Below are positions 13,385 to 28,412 of a stretch of 64,000 nt of DNA, one piece after another. A program made the translations under genes and the position numbers. Location: the NCBI GenBank assembly GCA_964016885.1, contig OZ024750.1, positions 33,852,001 through 33,916,000 of the forward strand, in the 5' to 3' direction. Numbering within the stretch: position 1 is the stretch's first letter; every line of letters begins with the position of its first letter. This stretch comes from Eledone cirrhosa (taxonomy: Eukaryota). The notes beneath the pieces are model-generated. The model made no database searches. It was not told the origin of the DNA and saw nothing but the letters and a program-made list of their open reading frames with translations.

Positions 13385-13539
13385 TGTTACATTTGGGGAG
13401 GGTCATGTTCTAATATTGCCAAAAATAGTGAAACAACTAAATTATTTATAAAAATATACTGAAACGAAAACCACACCAAACAGTTTGTTTTGCTATATTT
13501 GGCAATATTAGAACAACATGACCTTCCCCAAATATAACA
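13385..13539. repeat. imperfect inverted repeat of about 55 bp (MITE-like)
   Basis: TGTTACATTTGGGGAGGGTCATGTTCTAATATTGCCAAA pairs with 13482-13539. A related fragment lies at 50851-50880. Confidence 0.6.
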
Positions 13540-15336
13540 GTCTTTTAATGGTTAAACCAGCAACCAGTTTCAAATAATTTGATATCAAAAGGGTTAAATG
13601 TTTGTAAAGGACATATCTGAAACAATTTATATGTAACTAAAAAAAAAATAAAAGGTCTAATGTTCTAAAACTGCACAATACCTTTGGTAAATGTAAGGTT
13701 TTAAACAATAAAACATTTTAAGTAATATTTATAATAGAAAATATTTGTTTTATATAAATTTTGAAAAAGAGTCAAATTCCATTTGGAATCCTATCAGTCT
13801 AAAGTCTAATTAACTGCCAGCAATAGGAAGAAAGGTAGTCCCACTTTTACATATTAAAGAATAATAATATTTAATTATTTAATGCAGAACCATTTTAGTT
13901 AGGAATTAAATAACAGATGTCACCATTTTTGTAAAAATAACAGAAAAAATGACATTTAAAAAAAGACAAATGGGATTGAATAAATACGCAGCTTTATTCT
14001 AAAGTTCATTAATTTATAGAAGGACTTTATTTTCTGTATTGTTTATTCAATGACTAAGAATTTCATACCAAACTATTACCAAGAGTTCAATGAACTCCAC
14101 TACTGAATATTTCAACAAAATATACAAGCAGTCATTAATACCAATCTGACAAATTTTCTTCACTCTTCGACAAATATTCCACTTTCTAATTAAATAAAAA
14201 CTAATAATGGATATTCTTCCCTTAATATGTTTGTTTATAACATGATTCCACATTAGTTGTTCAATACAATATTTATTATGTCAAAAAGAGAATTGAGAAT
14301 AATGTAAAAAACAAAATATAAAAAAAATGGATCGATAAGTCCCCTGACAACACAATCAGAAGAAAGCAGCCATTTGCATTGTTTAACTTACTAATTCAAT
14401 CCTTGTAGGGGTTATACAAGAAATCAAGTACATCTTTATAGATTATTCTGGCTGTTAAAAGCTTATCAATTGCTGCTTTTTAATAACAGCCTAATAAACT
14501 TCACTCATTTCTTGTTGCATAATACTAAAGCCATCTTGAATTTAATCTTTCTTTGAAAGAGTCAATACAATAAATATGACATTATGAATTATTACTTCTT
14601 TTAGCGTATCAACCTAAGCTCAAATGAAAGAGGAAAACATGTTTAACACTATTTACTGTACAGACTCAAAAGCTGGCCCCTATTTTATGTTTGAGAAATG
14701 GGCAGAGATCCAAACCCCTTTTATAAGCCGAGGTAGCTAATCCACACATTTATGTTTAGAGGGTGAAATTTTGAAAACTTTACAAACTTTCAAATGAAAG
14801 AGGAAAACAGGTTTAACTAACTATGTTTAACTATTTACTGTACAGACTCAAATATAAGCCAACCTCCTATTTACTGTAGACTCGAATATAAGTCAACTCC
14901 CTATTTTTTGTCTGAAAAATAGGCAAAAATCCAAACTTCATTTATATGCCAAGGCAGCTAGCTAATCAACAGACGTTTAGATGGCATGGTTTTGAAATTC
15001 TCATGAGAAGAGAATATATTTATGAAGTTTTAATATTTGGGTATTAAAATGTTTTAAGTGCAGTTTACAGTGTAATTTTTATTTCACAATTCCATTACGT
15101 AACAATCGTTTTTTTTTTTTTTACCAATTTCCAAACATTTTGAAGGCCATATTCATTTAAAACTCATAAAAAACAAGACATTTTAGCATCTCATTTACGT
15201 AGAATTTAAAGTTGGTGAAAATCAGCAAAAATATTGACCTCAAATATAAGCTGACCTATTTTACCATTGAATATTTTGTCACATATTTCTCAATTACATA
15301 ATTTAGTTTTGGTAGCTCTGAAAATGATATTCATAT

Positions 15337-15516
15337 AATTGTTTCTACTATTGGCACAAGGCCAGCAATTATCCAGTACATTACTGGTACTTTATTTTAT
15401 CGAACCCGTAAGGATGAAAGGCAAAGTTAACCTCGGCGGGATTTGAACTCAGAATGGCAAGGGCCGTAACTCTATGCGTCAAATCATGGCGTCCGACCCT
15501 ATACCGATACTGCCAA
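15337..15516 (-). mobile_element. SINE family 2
   Basis: Reverse complement of the family consensus. Confidence 0.85.
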
Positions 15517-17280
15517 TATTCATATAATGTTGATAAACCAGTAAAATGATAATATTTCATCATATTTAGTTATGAGTCCTTATTACAAAAGTCACGTAGG
15601 AATGGTTTAACCCTTTTATTACCATATTTCTCATGAATTTTATTGAAAATAAGCCAAAATTCAATTAATTTTGAAAATAAGCAAAAATTTAATAAAATAA
15701 TTAGTAAACTGATATTTAGGAATAGTTTTTAAATAAAATGATCACGGAAGGTTCTAATATAAGGATTAACATTTTAAAATTAATAGTTTTGATGTATCAT
15801 AAATCCTGAGTGGTTCTAGGCAGTTCCAGGTGGTTTTAGTATTATATGATGAGGTTAAATAATTCTAAATTTTTTCAACAAAAAAAATTGTGTGAATTTT
15901 ATAATTTATCCCTTTTGATAGTAAACTGCCTGAAAACTCCTTGATTCTACAATATTTATCTAAAAACATTGTCATTTTATGTAAGAACATTTGTTTGGTT
16001 ATTCCCAACACAAATTTAATGAGAAAGTTATATTATTAAATCTCTCAAAATTTATTAGAAATGGTAAGAAAAGTGTACTTCTTCAAAAGAATGTTCTTCA
16101 ATGTAGTTAGAACAATGTTAGATAATTAAAACAGCAAAATAGAAAGAAAGAAAGAAATAAGACTATATAATATATTCTTTAAACCTTCTGCTACTATCAC
16201 ATCATAAACTGACTAGTTCTATGAAACAAAACAAATCATTTTCATGAGTTCCTATTTAAATTAAAACTTTCCAACATAATTTTATATAAAAACTCTTTGT
16301 TATATCAGAAATGCCATCTTAATAATGAAACAATAATTTGAATAAATCCCTTTAAATTCTTAACTAATTAAAATGCCTATATTCCAGGAATGTGGTCAGG
16401 AAAGGGTTAAAGTCTTGAAATATGAACTGGAACATAGCATGTGATAAGATAAACATAAAAGATGATAGCTTTGCAAGAGTGAACATAAAACTCAAAGTCC
16501 TTTTTTTTTTTTTCAATAGAAGATTCAGCTAATGGCAGTGTAAAGTGTTAACACAAAAAGACAGTTGTCAGCCAGGAGAAATTCTATAATAAATACATTC
16601 TGGGTAGGATAATAAAATGAAAGAAAGTAGTATTCATAGCATTACTATCTTGTTAAAAACTAATTGGCCAGCTAAAGCAGGACTGCCAGATAGTCTATCA
16701 CTCCATTTTTACACTGGTACTTTAGTCTGACCTAGTTTACAAGTGGTGCAAGTTTGAAAGACAATTGTTAAAAAATAGATTTGTTATTTTCATAAGAAAT
16801 ATTACTTTCTACTACAAACAAAGATTTGTCTATTTTTAAGATCAAGATGGAAGTTTGATATTCATGCCCTTCTCAAATTCCATTAGCAGGTGAGGATAAA
16901 GTAAAATGTAACCACAGTGGAATTTTACAAGAACCACAGTGAAATATTATATTAACAGGTGACAATAAATGTAAAAAATAAGTAGGAACCACATTGAAAT
17001 ATTACAAAAGAAAATCAGAAAAAATATTACTATAAACACTACATCGACTTTGAAGCTCATAAAATTAATGTAAGCTACACAAATTAACTACAAAAAAGTC
17101 CATTATCAATAAAATATGAACAGCTTTTTTTAAAGAAATACTCTGCATTCGACAATTCAAAATTGAATAGTTTTTAAGATATTATCAGTTATTTTTGTGG
17201 AACAATGTCTCCCATTATCAGGTAAATATGACTTGACAGAAATTAAGATAAATATTATAAAACAGTGATGTTTTTCTACA

Positions 17281-17880
17281 TGTGTGTGTGTGTATATACA
17301 TACATACACATATAGATATATACACATACACATATATATATATACATATATACACATACACATATATATATATACATATATACACATACACATATATATA
17401 TATACATATATACACATACACATATATATATATACATATATACACATACACATATATATATATACATATATACACATACATATATATATATACATATATA
17501 CACATATATATATATACATATATACACATACACATATATATATATACATATATACACATACATATATATATATACATATATACACATACATATATATATA
17601 TACATATATACACATACATATATATATATACATATATACACATACATATATATATATACATATATACACATACATATATATATATACATATATACACATA
17701 CATATATATATATACATATATACACATACATATATATATATACATATATACACATACATATATATATATACATATATACACATATATATATATATATACA
17801 CATATATATATATATATATATACACATATATATATATATAAAAATACATATATAAATACATATACATATATACATACATA
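17281..17880. repeat. TA/CA higher-order microsatellite (26-30 bp period)
   Basis: Direct inspection. Confidence 0.9.
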
Positions 17881-17881
17881 T

Positions 17882-18210
17882 GGAGGCACATGGCTTAGTG
17901 GTTAGAGCATTGGCCTTGCAATCAAGAGGTTGTGAGTTCAATTCTCAGACCGGGTGATGTGTTGTTTCCTTGAGCAAGACACTTTATTTCACACCGCTCC
18001 AGTTTACTCAGCTGTAGAAATGAGATGACAGGGACTGGGGTCCCTATCATTCGACTGCAAAGTGGTCGTGGAGGTGCCACGGCAAAAAAGCACCCAGCAC
18101 TCACTGTAAATGAGGTTGGTGTTAGGAAGGGCATCCAGCTGTAGAAATCAAGCCAGAATCAGTTCCCGTCCCACCCTTGCAAGCAGGGAAAAAGCGGACG
18201 TAAAATGAAA
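17882..18210 (+). mobile_element. SINE family 1, full length
   Basis: Near-identical to 9638-9984. Confidence 0.9.
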
Positions 18211-18394
18211 CACTGATATACATGTACATGTATGTATAACACAAGAAGGAAGTAAATATATGGTTGTATCAAACATATGCATGTCATGTTATACACACAT
18301 TTTTTCCAATGATATCTTCATAAACTGTTCACAGAATCAATACATTTTTACAGTTATTATAGTAATAGTAACTTCCTGTGTGTGTAAATATAGA

Positions 18395-18425
<31 letters not shown>

Positions 18426-18660
18426 CATATTATATATAGAGAAATATATTTTATATATAGTATCATCATCATCATTTAACGTCTATAGTTCTGATTAGTA
18501 AGAACATTATTCAACTTAATGCTCCATACAATGTGTGTGTGTGTGCATGTCCATACAATGTGTGTGTGTGTGCATGTATACAGATTCACAATATATATGT
18601 ATTTATGTAATTGTGTGTGTATATATAAATATATATATAATTGTGTGTGTATATATAAAT

Positions 18661-18968
18661 GGAGGTACATGGCTTAGTGGTTAGAGCATTGGCCTTGCAA
18701 TCGAAAGGTTGTGATTTCAATTCTCAGACCGGGTGATGTGTTGTTTTCTTGAGCAAGACACTTTATTTCACACTGCTCCAGTTTACTCAGCTGTAGAAAT
18801 GAGATGATAGGGACTGGGGTCCCTATCATTCGACTGCAAAGTGGTCGTGGAGGTGCCACGGCAAAAAAGCACCCAGCACTCACTGTAAATGAGGTTGGTG
18901 TTAGGAAGGGCATCCAGCTGTAGAAATCAAGGGAAAAGCGGACATAAAATGATGATGATGATGATGAT
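18661..18968 (+). mobile_element. SINE family 1 (internal deletion near 3' end)
   Basis: Near-identical to 9638-9984, with a (GAT)n tail. Confidence 0.9.
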
Positions 18969-19414
18969 ATTCCAAATCCATGGACGAGTTCTCTCCAGTA
19001 GTCTGTGTCCTTCATCATCGCCATTATGTCCTGTGTCTCTCTCTTCTAGTGTGTCCGTGTATAAATAGTTCAAGGAGACAGAGCTACAAAACGTCTCAGT
19101 TTCACGCTTTATATTGGAAAGAGGAAAGCGAGGGCGACGTGTCGGTCTAAGCCATTCTTCAGGAGCACAATATAGACAGGATCCCAGCCGTAGAAAACTC
19201 GCCAGACAGTCCTATATGAGCAAGACAACCAATCTTGCTTCAAGTAGAACAATTCGCATCCAAACCCATGCTAGCGTGGAAGATAGACGTTAAACGATGA
19301 TGATGATGATCACAAAGGAGAAACCCCAAAAAAAAAAGATCCGAGTAAAAAATTTTTTTTAAAAATCAAGATTTAAAATTATGTGTGTGTGAACACACAT
19401 ATATATAGGTCATA

Positions 19415-20375
19415 TATCATCATCATCATTATCAATACCATTTTACTTCTATTTTCCATGTTTGCTTGGGTTAGAGAGTTGCGATGATCTGAGGTTTGAT
19501 AGGCAGGATTATGTTTTACTCGTTACATACCATTTTGGCATGGTTTCTATGGTTGAATGCTCTTCCTAATACCAACCACTCCATGTTGTGTACATGGTTT
19601 GTTTTCTTGTGATACCACGTCTACCACTTGACAGGGTGAACTGGGTGCTTTTTTTCATGGCACCAGCACAATCACTTATGCGGGATGGGTGCATTTTATT
19701 GTGGCACCAGCACTTCTGCCAACAAGTAAGGGCCTGAGCACTGAGTGCACTTTATCATGGTACCAGTACTACTACATTTCAAAGCAGCATCAGGGTCTAC
19801 ACACAAACATTATACAAACACCCAGGAGAGATAGAGTTGTTTCCTGAACTTTTTCCAACCTGTTCTCTTCACTCTGGTTACTGCATTTTCCGAATACCCC
19901 ACCTCCGCTACTAATTTGGTCACCAAGGTAACAGAAATTGTTTACTATTTCAAAAGAGCCATCTAAGTATTTGAGTCTGTTGCATATGTGCTCTTGCTGC
20001 CTGCTATTCCTCTGCATCTGCTACATGTGAAGTCTATATTCTTCGTTAACCAGCCTAGGATACCAGTATATCACTTGTGTATCCATAGTTTACATTTAAT
20101 ATATAGTATGGAATTCCTACCAATTCCTTTCCTGCAGAGACAGCATGGCCATTTTCCTGATCAGATCAGTACTCAGCTCTCTTTCTTAATTACTAGGACT
20201 TTACTCTTAGTTAAATTCACTGAGGCTTTTTGATTTCAGATTTTGCTTCCATAACTAGAATTTCTTTTCCAATTCTGCCATGGATTCAGCTATGAAAGCT
20301 AGATCATCTGCATATAGGAGTCCTAAACTCCTCAGTTATAGCCTGGAGTACAATAATAAACAGGAGAGGGCTCAG
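19415..20375 (-). pseudogene. degenerate RTE LINE fragment (RT core, Cys-rich insert, 3' UTR)
   Basis: Minus-strand remnants [42 protein letters not shown] and EIVNNFCYLGDQISSGGG with frameshifts and stops, plus an RTE-type 3' UTR and GAT tail. Confidence 0.85.
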
Positions 20376-20565
20376 ATTCGATATTATGCGAGATAAAGCC
20401 TTTACCATGGAAATATAGAGTAATGTAAATGCTGAAGGGTTAATGCCAAAGAACAGCTTGCTCTTAGCTAAGTATTTTTGCTCTAGCTATCTCACAAGGC
20501 ATCAGTAATACCTCTTCCAGGGACAAAATTGAACAGCTCATCCATGTTAATTCTATTTCTAATCA

Positions 20566-20758
20566 ATAATTGTTTCTACTTTTTGGCACAAGGCCAGCAA
20601 TTATCCAGTGCATTACTGGTACTTTATTTTATCGACCCCGTAAGGATGAAAGGCAAAGTTAACCTCGGCGGGATTTGAACTCAGAATGGCAAAGACCGTA
20701 ACTCTATGCGTCAAAGCATGGCGTCCGACCCTCTACCGATACTGCCAATCCATCGCCC
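20566..20758 (-). mobile_element. SINE family 2 with target-site duplication
   Basis: Flanked on both sides by TCTAATCAATAAT. Confidence 0.88.
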
Positions 20759-20774
20759 TCTAATCAATAATACT

Positions 20775-21495
20775 ATATCTCTTTCAGTGACTAGGTTCAT
20801 CAACTTAATGCTTCTATAGTTTCCTCTGTCCATTTCATGTCTTTTGCCCTTTTAGCAGCTAACAATGATGCTGCTATGCCTGCCATTGGGCTTGACTCCA
20901 TTTACAGTAACTAACCTTCACATTCCAGCTGCCTTACATGTCTTTATATCTTTGATTGCCTTACTTACCACACTGCTGCTAACTTTGATGGCCAATCCCT
21001 CAGATCTACTTGAGATAGCCCCCCCCCCCTCTTCCCATACATTTTCTTCATTCAACAGCCTCTCATAATGGTACTTCCATACTTCTTTATTTTCAGTGTT
21101 GGTGAGAACAAGTTTGTCACTTTCTGACCGGATATGACCGGTTTAAATGCTAAAGGGTTAATACACTGCCTTGCAATATGAGCCACCTCAGTGTCTGTAG
21201 CCTTCCTCACAGTTTAAGACACCTCATATCTGTGGTCCTCACAGTTTAAGACATGTCTGTGGTCCCGCTCATATGTAAACTTCTTACCTCCTACTTGACC
21301 TCTGGCTAGATACATCTGGCATCCCTCCACCCCTCACTATTGTTTCCAGTCCTTCTATGGCTGTTCCTTAGCTTTAATTACCCCATCTACACTTACAATT
21401 CCACCATCATGTCACCTTCTATTTCCCTGGGGCACCAACCACAGACCTTGTCTGCAGCCTCCAGTAATGAGTCTGAAACTACTTGCCATTTTCTA
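20775..21495 (-). pseudogene. degenerate RTE LINE fragments (region upstream of RT)
   Basis: WQVVSDSLLEAADKVCGWC-like remnant and adjacent decayed coding sequence, interrupted by a MITE end at 21120-21161. Confidence 0.55.
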
Positions 21496-21848
21496 ATATA
21501 TATACACACACACACACAATATAAATAATACATAAAATATATATATACACACACAATATAAATATATATACATAATAAATAATATATATATATATAAATA
21601 TATATACACACAATATAAATAATATATATATATATCGGTGCCCCAGCATGGCCTCAGCCGGATGGTTGAAACAGGTAAAAGAGTAAATATATATACACAC
21701 AATATAAATAATATATATATACACACGCACACAAAATAAATAATATATATATACACAATATAAATAATATATATACATACACACAATATAAATAATATAT
21801 ATATATATATACACACAATATAAATAATATATATATATACACAATATA

Positions 21849-21885
<37 letters not shown>

Positions 21886-21914
21886 ATATAAATAATATAT
21901 ATATACACAATATA

Positions 21915-21949
<35 letters not shown>

Positions 21950-21958
21950 ATATAAATA

Positions 21959-21989
<31 letters not shown>

Positions 21990-22088
21990 ATATAAATAAT
22001 ATATATATACACAATATAAATAATATATATATATATATACACAATATAAATAATATATATATATATATATATATACATACATATACAC
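21495..22088. repeat. compound minisatellite CACAATATAAATAA(TA)n
   Basis: Direct inspection. Confidence 0.9.
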
Positions 22089-22444
22089 TTAAATGGAGAG
22101 ATTGGGCGGGGTTGTTTATGTTTATGTGTGACTGTGTCAAATTAAGGAAATTTGAAGACTGTAATGAACAAAGTCCATTTTACAGCTGTATCCACTTTAT
22201 ACAACAACACACCATATTCCATGTAATATTTAACACATGATATGTATATATATCTTTATAAATTAATAATATCTATATGGCTGAAGTTATCGTGACATAG
22301 GATCAACTGTGGTCGAGTAAAAATATCAACTTCCTTACACACATACATAAGGTATTAAGGTCCCGGTGTGTTTGGGGGGAGGGAGTCGATCCCACTGCAT
22401 TGCATTCTGGGTAAATAGTGTTGTTTACCATAAACTTCCGGTTG

Positions 22445-22920
22445 ACTCATGGTAGACGGAAACTGTTTTGTAAGCCTGTCAGATAGACACTGACTGTAGC
22501 TGTAAATTCAAACAGCCAGCCTTGTCATATGCTACACACACTACCACACTACATCTTCGTGATAATTACGTATGGGTACACGTGTCTGTGTAACAGTCAG
22601 CCACATAGACGTTAATTTCATGAGTAAGATGTTGTTCTGTTGATCGAACAACTGTAACACTCATCGCGGTAATTGACGGAGGTCCATTTCACTCTACAGG
22701 GTAGACGGAAACTGTCCTGTAATCCAGTCCGATAGACACTGGCTGTAGTTGTAAATACAAAAAACCAACCAGCCTTGTTACACACACTGTGCCACACTAT
22801 ATCTCCCTGACAAATTACTTTATGGGTACACGTGTCTGTGGAATGCTCGGTCACTTACAAGTTAATTTCATGTGTAAGCTGAACGGTAGCACTCATCGTC
22901 GCAAGCGACAGAGGACCGTT
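22445..22920 (+). repeat. tandem pair of an interspersed repeat of about 245 bp (SINE-like 3' part)
   Basis: Two copies starting GGTAGACGGAAACTG at 22451 and 22700. A related minus-strand fragment lies at 23785-23870. Confidence 0.65.
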
Positions 22921-22967
22921 TCGCTCTTTCTTCTCCTCCCCTGACTGTTGTGTTTTATTATTGATAA

Positions 22968-23168
22968 AGGCGGTGGATTGGCAGTATCGATGGAGAGTCG
23001 GACACAATGCTTTGAAGCATAGAGTTACGTCCCTTTATGATCTGAGTTCAAATCCCGCCGGGGTTAACTTTGCCTTTCATCCTTACGGGGTCGATAAAAT
23101 AAAGTACCAGTAATGTACTGGGTATTTGCTGGCCTTGTGCCAAAAGTAGTAAAGTAGAAACAATTATT
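22968..23168 (+). mobile_element. tRNA-derived SINE family 2, full length
   Basis: GGCGGTGGATTGGCAGTATCG head, B box GAGTTCAAATCC, central CTTTGCCTTTCATCCTTACGGGGTCGATAAAATAAAGTACC domain (resembles Meta/Nin-class SINE domains; I cannot assign which), (ATT)n tail. Confidence 0.85.
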
Positions 23169-23594
23169 GATAAATAGATAGTCAAAGAAAAAAAAAAAAC
23201 TTTTCAAGTGTCAGCAATGCCTCTAAGATATATTTTTTATTTAAACCTGACAAATATATTATTTTTGGTATTTGTTATTTTTATATTAATATAAATTCTT
23301 TAATGCAACATATATTCTTTAATGGAATTTTAACCATAATATACATTCCTATCATACATTACCAATATTTTAAATATTTTATTTAAAAAATGGATTAATA
23401 ACGATTACTATATTTTTATTATTATTATAGACATATAATAGACATCTATAATTGCAACATTTTAAAATTGTTCAATATTTAATGAAATTGTAAAAAGTAA
23501 ATTCTGTTGAAACTAGATTAATTAATTAATTGATAAATGGTTGATTATATTGACTCGTAAAAATATTTCACTAAATCTCCTTTCAGCAGGAGGT

Positions 23595-23634
<40 letters not shown>

Positions 23635-23985
23635 TATACACACACATACGGAACCCTAATGGCCAAGACTGGCAAGGGATAGAAGGATAGAAGTCGGTAG
23701 AAGGAGTCCAGGGAAGGGGTGGGTTCCTCCTCCGTGAGTGATTTCAAGATCCTGGATCAAGATCAAAGGTGTGTGTGTATGTGTGTGAAATTAACGCGTA
23801 AGTGGCTGAGCATTCCACAGACACGTGTACTCTTAAAGTAATTTGTCAGGCAGATTATAGTGTGGTGCTGTAATAGTAGACATACAAATACATCCACGTT
23901 TTAAAATGTCAATGTTTACATACAGCAGTAGTAGAACGATAGAAAGACAAACATATATTTCACATGAATCACATAACTTATCAGT

Positions 23986-24178
23986 AATAACTGTTTCTGC
24001 TTTTGGCACAAGGCCAGCATTTATCTCAGTGCATTACTGGTACTTTATTTTATCGACCCCGTAAGGATGAAAGGCAAAGTTAACCTCGGCGCATGATTTG
24101 AACTCAGACCGTAAAGGGCCGTAACTCTATGCTGCAAAGCATGGCGTCCGACCCTCCAGCGATACTGCCAATCCACCC
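23986..24178 (-). mobile_element. SINE family 2
   Basis: Reverse complement of the family consensus. Confidence 0.85.
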
Positions 24179-24259
24179 CACCCCCTTAGTATTAATAATA
24201 ATGTTACTTATTTATTTATTTATCAGTAGTTATCTGGCAATACTTCGATAATTCATCAA

Positions 24260-24530
24260 TACATTCATCAACATCATCATCATTATTCATCAATACCTCC
24301 TCCGTCAACTATCACCATCACCATCATGAACACTAACACAAACACCATCAACACCAACACCATCAACACAAACACCATCAACATCAACACAAACACCATC
24401 ACCATCAACATTAACACAAACACCATCAACACCAACACCAACAACACCATCAACATCAACACAAACACCATCACCATCAACATTAACACAAACACCATCA
24501 ACACCATCACAAACACCATCAACATCAACA
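24260..24530. repeat. CAT/CAA/CAC trinucleotide-derived repeat (similar (CAT)n tract at 45565-45870)
   Basis: Direct inspection. Confidence 0.85.
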
Positions 24531-25789
24531 TATATATGAAACAGAATTATTTCATATTATGCATAAAAAAAACATTTGATAAATCGTCCTCAAAAACAAA
24601 TCCATGATTATCAGCAAATATTTTAAGATTAAAGTTAAAATATATATACATATATACACATACATATATACACATACATACACACGCATATATATATACA
24701 TACATATATATATAGAGAGAGATTGCAAATTATTTTTTTTTTACTATTTAAAGAGATATATAAAAAGATGAAAAGCTAAAAAGGCAAAGAAAGGCAGTGG
24801 TAACAATTTACTTATTGCTAGGTGATATCGAAAGAAATCGATAAATTTTTTTTTAAAGGAAGAAGATCAGCAATGAGTAATACCTGCCATGTGAAATAAT
24901 AACCGTATGTAATTTAGAGAGAATGAAAAATATCTGAGAAGAATATCTCTCTATCTTTCATCGTTTTAATATTACTACTACTACTAGATAGAATTTGAAT
25001 AGCAATCTATATATTATATATATATATATACAATGATATTAAATAAATGGAAACTATATTTATAAAACCATGTTTATTTTATTATTTATATATATTTCAA
25101 GGGTACCAACATTGGTACGCTTTCATCAGATAAAATACAAAGTTTGTTTTATAAATAGAGACGTACATATGAAAATCATACTATATCGGTTGGAAATTCA
25201 CTGGATAGTGGAAATATATTAGGGATTATTCAAACTTATGTGTGAATATGCAAATGAATATGTAAATAATTGAAAAACAACCGTTTATTTAAACGACTAT
25301 AGAGAAAGAGAAGATATAAGGGGAGAAAGATAAAAAAAATAGTACGAGAGAGAGAGAGAGAGAAGAAATAAACAAGAGAGGATGAATAAAACTCATATAA
25401 CATTAATTTGGGGGAAATATATTCTAAGTATATATCTTTATAGTACGTGTATTTACGATTATTAGTTGTTTAAAATTCGTTTATAATATAATATTTTCTG
25501 TTATAAGTAGATAAATAAATAAATAGATTGGTATATCATGGATGCTTTAAATCAGTTATAAACATTTATATTTGTCGGACTTTCAACAACCCCCTTCTAC
25601 TTATATATATATGTATGTGTGTTAACAGTGACTGGCGATAAGAGAGAGAATAAATATATAACATGCTATTTTATTAGTAAAATATATAATATAATATATA
25701 TATTTCAATACATGCATGTATGTATATACACTAATTGAGACTTGCTGCTTGAGCAGACAGATGTGAAGGATTGCTGAGGCATGGAGTGA

Positions 25790-26555
25790 GAGAGGGTGGA
25801 AGATATTGAGGAAAAGATAGAGGAAAGAAGGAATAAAAGAGAGGAAGAGGAGGATGAATAAAGAGGAAAAAGAAATCTATATAAAGTGAGAGGCGTAAAA
25901 GAGAAAGAGAGAAGGAAAATATGAAAAGGAAAAGAAAAACGTGGTAGAGAAGTGAGAGAGGGGAAAAAAAGAAAGATATGAAGATAAATTGGGGAAAGGA
26001 AGAGATAAAGATGAAAGGGGGAGGAAATAAAGAGTAGAAAGATTATAAAGATGAAAAGGAGGAAGGGAGGAGTTAAAGAGAAATGAAGATGACAGGGGGG
26101 AGGGGAGGAGATAGAGAAAGTTATAAAGATTAAACGGAGGAACGGGAAGAGATAGAGAAAGTTATAAAGATTAAAGGGGGAAACGGGAAGAGAGAGAAAG
26201 TTATAAAGATAAACGGGAGGGAAGGGTACAGATAGAGAAAGTTATAAAGATAAAAAGGAGGGAATGGAGGAGGAGAGAGAAAAGAAAAAGATATGAAAAG
26301 AGCGAAAGGAAGAGACAGAAAAAAAAAAGATATAAAGATGAAAGAGGGAAAGGAAGAGGAGATAGAAAAGAAAAAGATATGAAGGGGGAAGGGAGGAGGA
26401 GGCTGAAAAGAAAAAGACAAAGATGAAAGGGGGGGGAGATAGAAAAGAAAATGATAGAAAGATGAAAGGGGGTGAAGGGAGAGGGAGAAGAGAGAAAGAT
26501 ATAAAAAGTGAATGTAAAAGAGTGGGAAGGAAGTGAAAGAGAGAAAGACAAGTGA
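25790..26555. repeat. purine-rich low-complexity tract (similar tracts at 31880-32260 and 32325-32915)
   Basis: Strongly G/A-biased on +, with short repeated units such as GAGAAAGTTATAAAGAT and GGAGGTGTGTAACAATT. Confidence 0.8.
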
Positions 26556-27314
26556 GTTTGTATAAAAATGAGAATTGTGTGTGTGTAGAAAAGAGAGAGA
26601 AAAGTTGAATAGAAAAACCTGCAGCTATTTAAATAGGAATCTATTTTAGATTATTAATTTGTCAGAGGCAACAAAACCTTGCCTATTATTGATGAGAAAT
26701 TGTCAAACACCATTATATACACACACACACATATATTATATTATATTATATTATATTCCTTTCGTTTAAAGAAAATAAAGACTATATATTTTTCACTGTT
26801 GCTGAAATATCTTTAGAATAAATAATATAAATATTGGTTCTAATCAGAAAAGATCAAGCAATATTAATAAAATATTTAATATTAAATATGTTGAATTTTT
26901 AAAAGCATATTAAGAATTTTTTTTAAAGATTTTTTTTGTTTATTTATGAAAAAAAAATTCAAACAAGTTAAAGAAGCATCGTTTTTTATTTTTAATATTA
27001 TTTACGACAAAATGTAATTGGGGGTGTCAGAAAGAAACGTGTATATAGGGAAGGTATATATATAATTAAGGGTAGTTTTATATTATTTTCGGTAAAATGT
27101 GTATAGGGAAAAAATTATATATATATGAAATTAAGGGTATTTTTTCATTTTATTTTCGTTAAAATGTGTAGGGCAGATATATATAATTAAGGATAATTTT
27201 TTTTTTTCATTTTAATATCGTTAAACTGAGCAGGGCAAGTATATATATATACATATACATATAATTAAGGATTTTTTTTTCATTTTATTTTCGGTAAACT
27301 ATAGAGAAAGTGTA

Positions 27315-27333
27315 TTTAAAAATCAAAGACATT

Positions 27334-27374
<41 letters not shown>

Positions 27375-27389
27375 AGGTTTTTTTTTAAA

Positions 27390-27426
<37 letters not shown>

Positions 27427-27693
27427 CAAGGATATTTTTAAAATATATATATAAAATCAAGAATATTTTGAAAGTTTATATATATATATATAATCAAGGA
27501 TATTTTGAAAGTATATATATATATACATAAAATCAAGGATATTTTGAAAGTATATATATATATATATATATAAAATCAAGAATATTTTGCAAGTATATAT
27601 ATATATAAAATCAAGAATATTTTGAAAGTATATATATATATATAAAATCAAGAATATTTTGGAAGTATATATAAAATCAAGTATATTTTGAAA

Positions 27694-27730
<37 letters not shown>

Positions 27731-27830
27731 CAAGTATATTTTGAAAGTATATATATATATGAAATTAAGGATATTTTTTTATAAAAATCAAGGATATTTC
27801 TGAAGTATATATATAATGAAGGATTTTTTT
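27315..27830. repeat. compound minisatellite AAAATCAAGGATATTTTGAAAG(TA)n
   Basis: Direct inspection. Confidence 0.85.
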
Positions 27831-27901
27831 CTTCATTTTATTTTTGGTAAGCCGCAAGTATCAATAAAATAACCACGTTTGACTCTTATAAGAGGCGAAT
27901 A

Positions 27902-27935
<34 letters not shown>

Positions 27936-28378
27936 AGGGTGAAATAATTTCATGTGAAGCAGAAATATATATGGACGGAGATTCATTAGAAAAATCAAAT
28001 ATTTATACCTAAAAAAAAAATCCCAAGTATTTATAATATTTTAAAATCAAGTATGTTTATTTAAAAAATTAAGTATTTATATCTAAAAGATCGATAATTA
28101 AAATAAAAAGGAATATATATATATATCATCATCATCATCTATATATATATATATATATATTAAATAGGTGAAATATATATCAAATTAAGCAGTATTGTTA
28201 TATTTATATCAAAATAACTTGGTGTTGGTTTATTTATTCAAGAATTCCAAAAATGAAATTCAAAAAATAATAAATACCAAAATATTGTTTATGTGCTAGA
28301 AGAAAAAACAAACTTTAAAGTGAATAATTATTTCTCTTAGATTTTTTTTATTTATAAAATAAGCTTAATATAATTTCT

Positions 28379-28412
<34 letters not shown>

